Shown here piece after piece: positions 45,491-54,168 of a DNA stretch of 64,000 nt (its first letter is position 1; the number at the start of each line of letters is the position of its first letter). The DNA lies in NCBI GenBank assembly GCA_017938315.1, contig JAGBBV010000007.1:76974-140973 (forward strand). The letters are read 5' to 3'. The stretch comes from Lachnospiraceae bacterium. Lineage in GTDB: Bacteria > Bacillota > Clostridia > Lachnospirales > Lachnospiraceae. A program made the translations under genes and the position numbers. The notes below the pieces were generated by a model, which was given only the letters and a program-made list of their open reading frames with translations, made no database searches and had not been told where the DNA came from.

Positions 45491-47155
45491 TTATTTATTC
45501 TCATTCTTTTCTTTTTTATTTTTTAGAATCCCCATCTTTTTTGCCAAATGGATTAACATGTATCCTTTCGGCATGCTACGGAGTTCCTCTTCATTTACAG
45601 CTCCGAGGCGGATTACCAGTACAAAATAAATTGGCACCGCAATACCAATTGCCACTGCCAATGCCACTATATTAACCGGCAAAAGTGCGTAAATGCCATG
45701 ATATACTCCCAGTGCAACGCCGCCCATAATGGCTGCTGAAAAAAAGGGTCTTGCAAAAGTTCTATCCAAATCCTGTCTGTATTTTATTGCCTTTTTTATG
45801 GAAAAAGCATTTAATACGCTGACTAATAATGCGTAACAAACCATTGCAATAATGTAATAATATGGTCCGTAAGTCTCGTCACAAAACATAATCATAACCA
45901 TAAGCACCAATGTTTGAACCACCAGCGCAATTGCTGCATTGATTACCGGACTGTTTAATTTACCTACCGACTGAAGAACCGCATTGGATATGGTGGACAT
46001 GCCATAAAACACTACACTGATTGCCAATACCGCCAGCAACGATGAGGCCAAATCGATAGATTCCTTTTGGGGATATAAAACCCACATAATAGGCTTGGCA
46101 AGCACACCAATGCCTACCGCCGCAGGAATGGACACCAGCATGGTAACTTTCATGGACTTGGCAATCTTCTTTTTCACCCCATTTAAGTCTTTCTTTGCAA
46201 AGTCTCCGGAAATTCCGGGAATTAAGGCTGCCGCCATCGCAGAAGATAAGGCAATGGGAATATTCGATACTTTAACAGCCTTTCCGGCAATTCCCATCTG
46301 GGATGCCACAAGTGTATCTGCAAGACCTCTTTCCCCCATCATCACATTTTGATAGATAGTCTGGTTAATAAAGGTATTGGCATTATAGATAAATGTACTT
46401 AAAATAAATGGTGTCACCACCGTGATAATCATTTTAAAAATCTCTCCGTAGGAATCTTCTTTATCACTGCGGTCTTTTTCAATTCTCTTATGAATCGTTT
46501 GTTTATTTAAACAGTAAACACCAAACATAAATAACAGTGCAGCAAGAACTCCCACTCCGGTACCTACCGCACCACCTGCTGCACCATAGGATAGTTTTTC
46601 ACTTTGGGGCAAACCGGAAAATTGTTTCACCAAAAAGTATGCCATCAAAATGCTAAACAGCGCGTTTAAAATCTGCTCTACTATCTGAGATACAGAGGTT
46701 TGTATCATGGTCTTATGTGCCTGAAAATATCCTCTGAGCACACCTAAAATTCCACTAAAAAAGATAACGGGAGCCAGAACCATAAGGGGTAATCTGGCAT
46801 ACTCTACCTGTACCAAAAGTCCCGCTCCAAAAAACACAAATAAGCTGGCAATACCACCTACTACCAGCACATAAACAAGTGCACATTTAAAAATACGATG
46901 TGCATTTTTATATTCTTTTAAAGCAAGTTTCTGGGCAATTACTTTGGAAATAGCTGAAGGAATGCTATAGGAAGACACCAGCAGAACAATGACATATGCA
47001 TTGTATGCCATGCTGTAATATCCAAATCCCTCATCACCCAGAATCGCCGCCATCGGACTGTTATATAACAATCCAATAATGCGGACGATGATTCCGGCCG
47101 TAGCCAGAATCCCCGCCTGCAATATGATTCCGTCATTTCTCTTTTTCGTGGACAT
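45491..47155 (-). CDS. MurJ/SpoVB-family polysaccharide or lipid II flippase
   Basis: IIVRIIGLLY, SSYSIPSAISK, LRGYFQ, SQIVEQI, GAAGGAVGT; about 14 TM. Confidence 0.88.
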   Translation of the reverse strand: MSTKKRNDGIILQAGILATAGIIVRIIGLLYNSPMAAILGDEGFGYYSMAYNAYVIVLLVSSYSIPSAISKVIAQKLALKEYKNAHRIFKCALVYVLVVGGIASLFVFFGAGLLVQVEYARLPLMVLAPVIFFSGILGVLRGYFQAHKTMIQTSVSQIVEQILNALFSILMAYFLVKQFSGLPQSEKLSYGAAGGAVGTGVGVLAALLFMFGVYCLNKQTIHKRIEKDRSDKEDSYGEIFKMIITVVTPFILSTFIYNANTFINQTIYQNVMMGERGLADTLVASQMGIAGKAVKVSNIPIALSSAMAAALIPGISGDFAKKDLNGVKKKIAKSMKVTMLVSIPAAVGIGVLAKPIMWVLYPQKESIDLASSLLAVLAISVVFYGMSTISNAVLQSVGKLNSPVINAAIALVVQTLVLMVMIMFCDETYGPYYYIIAMVCYALLVSVLNAFSIKKAIKYRQDLDRTFARPFFSAAIMGGVALGVYHGIYALLPVNIVALAVAIGIAVPIYFVLVIRLGAVNEEELRSMPKGYMLIHLAKKMGILKNKKEKNENK

Positions 47156-47176
47156 TGCTTTTACGCTCCAAAATAA

Positions 47177-48625
47177 TTAGCCTATCAGCCAGTCATACAT
47201 CTCCTGATATTTCTTTGCTGATGCATTCCATGAAAAATCTGCCGCCATGGCGCGGTCAATAATTTTATTCCATTCTCTTTTCTTTTCATAATATATTTTC
47301 TCGGCATAGTAAATGGTGCCAAGCATTTCATGGGCATTATAATTAGTAAAAGAAAATCCTGTTCCGCTGCTCTCATATTCATTATACGGCTGCACGGTAT
47401 CCTTTAACCCACCGGTTTCCCTTACAATGGGAACTGTTCCATAACGAAGGCTCATTAACTGGCTTAGGCCACAAGGTTCAAACAGGGAGGGCATTAAAAA
47501 TGCATCACAAGCCGCATAAATTTTATGGGACAAAGCCTCTGAATAAAATATGTTCGCAGAAACCTTGTTATTATACTTCCAGTCAAAGTGACGGAACATA
47601 TTTTCATACTGTTCTTCACCTGTACCCAGTACTACAATCTGCACGTTGCTCTGGCAAAGCTCGTCCATAACATGGGCGATTAAGTCAAAGCCCTTTTGGT
47701 CTGTTAACCTTGAGACAATACCAATCATAAACTTCTTATCATCCTGCTCAAGACCAAGTTCAGCCTGCAGGGCACGTTTATTTTTTATTTTTTCCTTTCG
47801 GAAATTCATGGCATTGTATTTATGTTCAATATAAGGATCTGTTTCCGGATTGAAGTCATCTGTATCAATACCATTTACGATGCCTCTAAGGTCATGGCTT
47901 CTGGCACGGAGAAGTCCATCCAGATTCTCTCCATAAAAGGCTGTTTTGATTTCTTCTGCATAAGTATCACTAACAGTGGTGATTGCATCCGCATAAACAA
48001 GACCGCCCTTAAGCAGATTTGCATCCTTAAAGGCTTCTAACTTGTCCGGTGTGAAATAGTAATCAGGAAGCCCTGTGATATCCTGCACTTCCTTCACACT
48101 CCATTTGCCCTGAAACTTCAGGTTATGAATCGTCATAACGGACTTAATGCCCCGATAAAATTCATTGCCCTGGAATCTCTCTTTTAAGTAAACCGGAATG
48201 AGACCTGTCTGCCAATCGTGGCAGTGAATCACATCCGGTCTGAAATCAATCACCGGCAAAATGGATAATGCTGCCTTGGAAAAGAATGCATATTTTTCAA
48301 TTTCAAACAATGCATTATCACTGTAAGGCTTGAATCCCGTAAAGAACATTTCATTATCTATAAAATAATATTTTACCCCATCCACTTCGGCATACATTAC
48401 GCCGACATACTCATTTTTCCAATGGAAATCCATATAAAAATGAGTGACATAACTAAGTTTATCCTTCATCTCCTGTTTCATGCAGGAGTACTTGGGAAGG
48501 ACTACCCTGACATCGAAATAATTCTTGTCAATACACTTGGGAAGTGAGCCGACAACGTCTGCCAATCCTCCTGTTTTGATAAACGGAACCCCTTCCGATG
48601 CGACAAAAAGAATCTTCTTCATCAC
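47177..48625 (-). CDS. glgA: Glycogen synthase
   Basis: KTGGLADV, HCHDWQT, TIHNLKFQG, GIVNGID, MPSLFEPCGLSQL, RETGGLKDTV. Confidence 0.97.
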   Translation of the reverse strand: MMKKILFVASEGVPFIKTGGLADVVGSLPKCIDKNYFDVRVVLPKYSCMKQEMKDKLSYVTHFYMDFHWKNEYVGVMYAEVDGVKYYFIDNEMFFTGFKPYSDNALFEIEKYAFFSKAALSILPVIDFRPDVIHCHDWQTGLIPVYLKERFQGNEFYRGIKSVMTIHNLKFQGKWSVKEVQDITGLPDYYFTPDKLEAFKDANLLKGGLVYADAITTVSDTYAEEIKTAFYGENLDGLLRARSHDLRGIVNGIDTDDFNPETDPYIEHKYNAMNFRKEKIKNKRALQAELGLEQDDKKFMIGIVSRLTDQKGFDLIAHVMDELCQSNVQIVVLGTGEEQYENMFRHFDWKYNNKVSANIFYSEALSHKIYAACDAFLMPSLFEPCGLSQLMSLRYGTVPIVRETGGLKDTVQPYNEYESSGTGFSFTNYNAHEMLGTIYYAEKIYYEKKREWNKIIDRAMAADFSWNASAKKYQEMYDWLIG

Positions 48626-48691
48626 AAATCCTCCAAAACATTAATAGTCATAAAACCATTATACAACAAGCAATCACGCAATTAAAGAGAA

Positions 48692-48729
48692 AAATTTCGG
48701 CAATCAGATATTTCTGTCTGCCGAAATTT
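48692..48729 (-). terminator. Hairpin after the Spo0A-like gene; arms contain TGCCGAA
   Basis: AAATTTCGGCA / TGCCGAAATTT 11-bp stem plus inner CAGA/TCTG. Confidence 0.7.
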
Positions 48730-48757
48730 CAGTTTCTATCATATATTCTTTTCTCTA

Positions 48758-49276
48758 TTATCTGTACTGCAATCTGATTTTATCTGCAATCAGTGCAATA
48801 AATTCAGAATTGGTGGGTTTCCCCTTACCTGTATTTATAGTATATCCAAATAAATTATCTAATGTTTCCATGCGTCCTCTGTTCCATGCAACTTCTATGG
48901 CATGGCGGATAGCTCTCTCCACACGGCTTGATGTGGTCTGATATTTTTCTGCAATGGTAGGATAAAGCACCTTGGTGATAGAACCCAGCATATCTGCTTC
49001 CTTCACTGACATCATAATCGCTTCCCGTAAGTACTGATATCCTTTTATATGTGCCGGCACGCCTATCTCATGTATCATATCTGTTACGTCTTTTTCTAAG
49101 TCAAAGGTAAGAGGCGTCTCTGCCGCTTTCATTTCTTTTCCGGATTTTTCTTCTCCTCTTAATTCTGAAGGTACTGTAATCATAATCTGAAATTCTCTGT
49201 TCATCTGTAAAAGGCTTTCGAATAACATCTGTACCTTTTCCGTATCCTTCATTGTCGTCAAATTTAGCTGTTCCAT
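48758..49276 (-). CDS. Spo0A C-terminal DNA-binding domain protein lacking a receiver domain
   Basis: [62 protein letters not shown]; only about 60 unrelated N-terminal residues. Confidence 0.93.
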   Translation of the reverse strand: MEQLNLTTMKDTEKVQMLFESLLQMNREFQIMITVPSELRGEEKSGKEMKAAETPLTFDLEKDVTDMIHEIGVPAHIKGYQYLREAIMMSVKEADMLGSITKVLYPTIAEKYQTTSSRVERAIRHAIEVAWNRGRMETLDNLFGYTINTGKGKPTNSEFIALIADKIRLQYR

Positions 49277-49317
49277 CAAAAGTTCCTCCATTTTTTCACA
49301 AATACTGCTACGAAACT

Positions 49318-49346
49318 ATTATAAGGAACATGATATGCCCATTCAA
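49318..49346 (-). promoter_or_regulatory. SigA-type promoter of the Spo0A-like gene
   Basis: TTGAAT (49346-49341), 17 bp, TATAAT (49323-49318). Confidence 0.75.
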
Positions 49347-49376
49347 CTGTCATTTATCGCGCTTGTCTCGCACTCT

Positions 49377-50420
49377 TTATCTTAATTCATAAGAAATTCG
49401 CATTTTTCCGTCTTTTCCTTCTATGTTTGCAACACTTCCTGTCACAAACGGCATGGCAGGAGGCAGGTGTCCTAAATCTGCGTCCATAAATACAGGAACC
49501 TTATACTCCTTTGCAATACCAAGCACGGCTTCATACTGATCAAGTCCCATCATTTCCTCACCGTTTAAGGGTCTTCCGATGACAAATCCTTTTACATGGC
49601 AAAACCAGCCTGCTTCTTTCATCTGCCACATCGCTCTTCGTATACTGAATACATTTAAGTCACAGGCCTCCAAAAACCAAAGAATACCGTCCTCTTTATA
49701 CTTCTCTGTAAATTCTTTTACCTTGTCGAATTTCGTGCCTGTCAAATTAACGAGACAGTCCATGCAGCCGCCTAAAAGTCTGCCTTGCATCTTACCACAG
49801 CTTACTTCTTCCATAGTATCATCTTTCGGCATAAAGATTTTCACTTCTGTTTTTTCTGTACAATGATATGGCAGCAACGGATGTTCTGCGTCTTTTAATC
49901 CTTCTTTTTCCCACAAATCATAACTTTCAAAAGTAAGCTTTTGTCCTTTCAAAAAGTCAAACATATCACTGATAGACGGATGCCACGGCTCCATTCCATA
50001 CGCTGCTGCACAAGGTCCGTATAAAGATGCGGTATCGCAAATTGTCGCCAATAGGAAGGTCATGTTTGTGTTGTCGGAATATCCGGCATACCACTTAGGT
50101 TCTGCTGTTTTTAATGCATCAAAATCCACCCTGCTTATGGTTTCACACATGAGTTCCCCACCACCACAGGATATCAAAATGTCATTATCTTTGCTGCAAT
50201 AGTAATCAGCAAGCTCCTCTCCGCAAGCATTGGGTGTATTGCTGATGCCAATTCCGCATCCTTCATAGCAGTTAGGACCCACATCTATCTGATAGCCCAT
50301 TTGTTTCAATTTTTTCTGTGCATTTTGAAATGCTGATTTATATGGTTCTATATTGCACCCGAAAGCAGGTGCTACAAAGCCGATTGTTCCGTTTTCTTTT
50401 AAAAATTTAGGATATTTCAT
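49377..50420 (-). CDS. S66 family LD-carboxypeptidase (LdcA/MccF-like)
   Basis: Triad motifs GYSDNT (Ser), FLEAC (Glu), DLGH (His); GRLLGGC. Confidence 0.9.
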   Translation of the reverse strand: MKYPKFLKENGTIGFVAPAFGCNIEPYKSAFQNAQKKLKQMGYQIDVGPNCYEGCGIGISNTPNACGEELADYYCSKDNDILISCGGGELMCETISRVDFDALKTAEPKWYAGYSDNTNMTFLLATICDTASLYGPCAAAYGMEPWHPSISDMFDFLKGQKLTFESYDLWEKEGLKDAEHPLLPYHCTEKTEVKIFMPKDDTMEEVSCGKMQGRLLGGCMDCLVNLTGTKFDKVKEFTEKYKEDGILWFLEACDLNVFSIRRAMWQMKEAGWFCHVKGFVIGRPLNGEEMMGLDQYEAVLGIAKEYKVPVFMDADLGHLPPAMPFVTGSVANIEGKDGKMRISYELR

Positions 50421-50444
50421 AAATAAGCTCCTTAATGTTACACA

Positions 50445-50470
50445 AGCCCCTGTCGTCTTTGACAGGGGCT
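50445..50470 (-). terminator. Hairpin after glnA
   Basis: AGCCCCTGTC / GACAGGGGCT 10-bp perfect stem; weak U tail. Confidence 0.65.
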
Positions 50471-50487
50471 CGACTGATTACTGTTTT

Positions 50488-51912
50488 TTATAAATTATAA
50501 TACTTCTCAAATTCAGCAGGATGAGGAATGGCTGCCATCTGGCTACATTCTGCTCTCTTGGTCTTAATAAAGTTCTTTAAGAGTTCTTCCGGGAACACGC
50601 CGCCTGCGGTCAGGTAATCATGGTCTGCCTCAAGTGCATCCAGTGCCTGCTCTAATGAGGTGGGAAGTCCTTTCAGTTTCGCTTTTTCTTCATCTGATAA
50701 ATTATATAAGTTCATATCGTAAGGTCCCCATCCGTTTTCATGAGGATCGATTTGGTTCTTGATACCGTCAAGACCTGCCATTAAGATTGCTGCATAGCAG
50801 AAATAAGGATTACAGGTTGCATCGGGATTACGAAGTTCAAAGCGTCTCATCTTGGGAGACTTCGCATATGCAGGAATACGGATAACCGCACTGCGGTTTG
50901 AGGTAGCATATCCTACAGTAACCGGTGCCTCAAATCCGGGAACCAATCTCTTAAAGGAGTTGGTGCTGGGGTTTGTGATTGCACATAAGGATGCAATATG
51001 TTTTAATAAACCGCCCATGAACCAATGTGCTTCCTTACTTAAGTTGGAGTAACCGTTATCATCTGAGAATACCGGCTGATCATCCTTGAGAAGCAACATA
51101 TGTACATGCATACCATTACCTGCTTCACCGTATACGGGCTTGGGCATAAAAGTTGCTGTCTTGCCATATTTCATGGCTGTGTTGTGAATAATATATTTAA
51201 TCATCATGGAAGCATCTGCCATCTTAGACATCTGTCCAAGCTGAGGCTCGATTTCAAACTGTCCTGCAGCTCCTACTTCAGGATGATGATACTTAATCGG
51301 GATACCCATTTCTTCCATAAGCATACACATTTCACTTCTGCATTCGTAGCTTGCATCGTAGGGCTTTGCTACATGGTAAGCTTTCTGCTTGGGAACAACA
51401 CATCCCTTACCATCTACATCCCCGTTCCAGTATGCCTGATTTACATCCAGAGACATTCCGATGGAATTGGGTGCTACCTGCCAGCCTACCTGGTCAAATA
51501 AATAAAATTCAAATTCAGGAAGAATGAGCATGGTATCAGCAATACCGCTGTCCTTCATATACTGTTCAGCAGCCAGAACGATATTTCTGGGATACTGTGA
51601 AAGAGGACGATTCTCGGGATTATCGATAATCATCGCATTTCCTGTCATGGATAAAGTAGGAATTTCGCAGAAAGGATCGATGCAGGCAGTATCCGGATCG
51701 GGGATAAATACCATATCACTCTTTTCTACAACTGCATATCCATAGTTTGATGCATCAAAACCGATGCCGCTTTTCATGGTTTCTTCCGAAAAATTTTTTG
51801 CCGGAATGGTAACATGGCGGAACTGTCCGTTAATGTCAACCATTTTAAAGTCAACCATTTTAATGTCTTTTTCACGGATAAGTTCCATGATGTCTTGTAC
51901 TGTAGTTTTCAC
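50488..51912 (-). CDS. glnA: Type I glutamine synthetase, beta-like
   Basis: GFDASN, PEFEFY, ATFMPKP, GNGMHVH, NSFKRLVPGFEAP, NRSAVIRIP, ELRNPDATCNPY; GTG start. Confidence 0.96.
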   Translation of the reverse strand: MKTTVQDIMELIREKDIKMVDFKMVDINGQFRHVTIPAKNFSEETMKSGIGFDASNYGYAVVEKSDMVFIPDPDTACIDPFCEIPTLSMTGNAMIIDNPENRPLSQYPRNIVLAAEQYMKDSGIADTMLILPEFEFYLFDQVGWQVAPNSIGMSLDVNQAYWNGDVDGKGCVVPKQKAYHVAKPYDASYECRSEMCMLMEEMGIPIKYHHPEVGAAGQFEIEPQLGQMSKMADASMMIKYIIHNTAMKYGKTATFMPKPVYGEAGNGMHVHMLLLKDDQPVFSDDNGYSNLSKEAHWFMGGLLKHIASLCAITNPSTNSFKRLVPGFEAPVTVGYATSNRSAVIRIPAYAKSPKMRRFELRNPDATCNPYFCYAAILMAGLDGIKNQIDPHENGWGPYDMNLYNLSDEEKAKLKGLPTSLEQALDALEADHDYLTAGGVFPEELLKNFIKTKRAECSQMAAIPHPAEFEKYYNL

Positions 51913-51950
51913 TTATGTAACCTCCCAATAGGTTTTTTCTTAACAGTATA

Positions 51951-51980
51951 ATTATATCCTCAACCGCTATAGCATGTCAA
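51951..51980 (-). promoter_or_regulatory. SigA-type promoter of glnA
   Basis: TTGACA (51980-51975), 18 bp, TATAAT (51956-51951). Confidence 0.7.
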
Positions 51981-52001
51981 ACAAAATACGCCATGGCAAT
52001 T

Positions 52002-53390
52002 CTATAAAATTGCCTTCTTTTTCCATCTTCCCGCTTTGTAGAATATGGTGGTAAGAAGTGCTCCCACAATCCACGCCGCAAGGAGTGAAATCTGGATACA
52101 TTCACTACGACCGAAAGGTAGTTCAGGTGTTCTTGTCAGATAAGAGATTCCGTAAGCAATGGGCACACGGATAATTACCGTGGTGCAAAGAGAAATCCAC
52201 ATGGGCGTTACGGTATCCCCTGCACCGCGCATTACACCTGATAAACTCTGGGTAACCGCCATTGCTATATATCCAACCGCCAAAATACACATCATATAAT
52301 AACTAAGATCTACCAATTCCTGTGTATTGGTAAAAATCCCCATTAAACTCTTGCCAAACAGTAAAATCACCCCGGTAATAATTGCAGAACATGCCACAGC
52401 AAGAATGGTTCCCTGCTTAGCGCCCTGCATAACACGGTCATATTTCTTTGCCCCCACATTCTGTCCCGCAAAAGTGGTTGTGGCCGTACCAAACGAAAAG
52501 TTCGGCATCATGGCAAAACCGTCCACACGCATAACAATGACATTTGCAGCAATAAACATCTCACCGAAGCTGTTAGTCAAAGACTGCACGATAATCATCG
52601 CGGAGGAAAAAATAGCCTGGGTAAGCCCTGAAGGAAGTCCTAATCTTACCATCTGTATGACATGCTCTTTTGCCATTTTAAGTTGCTTGAGTCCTAAATC
52701 AAACACTTCCCTCATGTGCATCAGCTTCCACAAGCAAAGTACGGATGAAATAGCCTGGGCAATGACTGTAGCCAAGGCTACGCCTGCTACTCCCATGTCA
52801 AACTGTGCCACGAAGAGAATATCTAAAATAATATTTAATACCGTTGCAATAAGTAAGTAGATTAATGCGGAAAAAGAATCTCCCATCCCCCTGAGGATAC
52901 CGCTTAGGATATTATAATAAGCCATTCCTGCTCCGCCGTAGAGCATAATCACCAAATAGGATGTACAGTCATCTAATATACTTTCCGGTGTATTTAACAT
53001 CTGCAACAAATCTCGTACAAAGGGGGGTGCCACTATCATTAAAAATAAAGACACAATTGCCGTGAGTGTAATACAGGTTCCGATTGTTCCCGATAATTCT
53101 TCTCTTGCCTTTGCTCCGAAATACTGGGAAACCATGATTCCCACGCCTGCAGATATTCCTACAAATAAAACTAAAAGCATATTAAAAAGTGGTGCCGCAC
53201 TTCCAACTGCAGCCAGGGCATTGTCACCTACATAATGTCCTACCACAATGCTGTCTACCGTACTGTATAATTGCTGTGCAATATTTCCGATTAACATGGG
53301 AATGGAAAATATTGCAATGCTTTTCCAAGGAGTACCTACCGTCATATCCGTAGGTTCAAATAATCTTTTCACGTTTATCATTTCTGTCAC
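52002..53390 (-). CDS. MATE family efflux transporter
   Basis: DMTVG, QQLYSTVDSIVVG, SQYFGAK, LRGMGDS, GVAGVALAT, GQNVGAK, GVMRGAGDT. Confidence 0.93.
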   Translation of the reverse strand: MTEMINVKRLFEPTDMTVGTPWKSIAIFSIPMLIGNIAQQLYSTVDSIVVGHYVGDNALAAVGSAAPLFNMLLVLFVGISAGVGIMVSQYFGAKAREELSGTIGTCITLTAIVSLFLMIVAPPFVRDLLQMLNTPESILDDCTSYLVIMLYGGAGMAYYNILSGILRGMGDSFSALIYLLIATVLNIILDILFVAQFDMGVAGVALATVIAQAISSVLCLWKLMHMREVFDLGLKQLKMAKEHVIQMVRLGLPSGLTQAIFSSAMIIVQSLTNSFGEMFIAANVIVMRVDGFAMMPNFSFGTATTTFAGQNVGAKKYDRVMQGAKQGTILAVACSAIITGVILLFGKSLMGIFTNTQELVDLSYYMMCILAVGYIAMAVTQSLSGVMRGAGDTVTPMWISLCTTVIIRVPIAYGISYLTRTPELPFGRSECIQISLLAAWIVGALLTTIFYKAGRWKKKAIL

Positions 53391-54145
53391 ATTTTTCCCT
53401 TCTGCCGCTCAAAAAAGTCATCAATTGCCTGAACAATTTGTCCCGGCTCCATTGTTTTTAATAAATACCCCTCCGGTTTCAGTGCCGTAACACTCATGAC
53501 GCTTTCCTTATCATTTTTATTGGTCAGGAAAATAACCGGCACATGAGAAAACTCTGATTCGGAACGAATCATTTCCAAAACCTGTCTTCCGTCACAAATC
53601 GGCATTTCATAATCAAGGAGAATCAAATCGGGATGATTTAAAGATAAATATTTTATTGCCATTGTACCGGAATTGGCTAAAATCACCTGATACTTATCCT
53701 CCAGCCATCCTTTTACATTTCTAAGTACTGCACCGGAATCATCCACCACTAAAATTTTATGTTTGAGAAGATTGGAATTCTTCTCTAAGTACTCATTCAC
53801 ATATTCCACTACTTCATTTACATTAATGGGACGCAAAAAATGCTTAGTTACGGACTGCTTTAATATTATCTTTTCTGCTTCTTCTATTTGTTCTGCATCT
53901 CCAATAACAATAATAGGAATATTATCTTCGATAGCTTTATCCTTCAAATAGACAAGCATCTGTCTTTCAATCAATAATGCTTCCTCTGCATATATTATAA
54001 ACAGTTGCATAGTTTCTTCAAATTTTTCTACACTGTCTAAATCAGTACCTATTTGAAACACTTGATGCCCGCAATTTTTCAAATGATTTACTAACGAAAG
54101 TGAAATAAAGCTTTTGTTTTCCGATACTAATAAAATATTTGCCAT
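53387..54145 (-). CDS. Response regulator with degenerate N-terminal and canonical C-terminal receiver, no output domain
   Basis: C-terminal ILVVDDS...LILLDYEMP...YLLK; N-terminal REC-like fold lacks the phospho-Asp; start at ATG 54145 after GAGGAG. Confidence 0.8.
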   Translation of the reverse strand: MANILLVSENKSFISLSLVNHLKNCGHQVFQIGTDLDSVEKFEETMQLFIIYAEEALLIERQMLVYLKDKAIEDNIPIIVIGDAEQIEEAEKIILKQSVTKHFLRPINVNEVVEYVNEYLEKNSNLLKHKILVVDDSGAVLRNVKGWLEDKYQVILANSGTMAIKYLSLNHPDLILLDYEMPICDGRQVLEMIRSESEFSHVPVIFLTNKNDKESVMSVTALKPEGYLLKTMEPGQIVQAIDDFFERQKGKM

Positions 54146-54168
54146 CACATTACTCCTCTTTTGTAATC

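Noticed and set aside
43198-49315. TACGAA(A)-type motif next to the -10 of array B (44852-44859) and the Spo0A-like gene (49306-49315), plus TGCTACGAA at 43198-43206, as degenerate 0A boxes
   Set aside because: One to two mismatches to TGNCGAA, inconsistent orientation, and found by post-hoc looking; too weak without a motif scan.
51913-52001. GlnR/TnrA box or ANTAR dual hairpin upstream of glnA
   Set aside because: No TGTNA-N7-TNACA match, and the leader is too short for the dual stem-loop.
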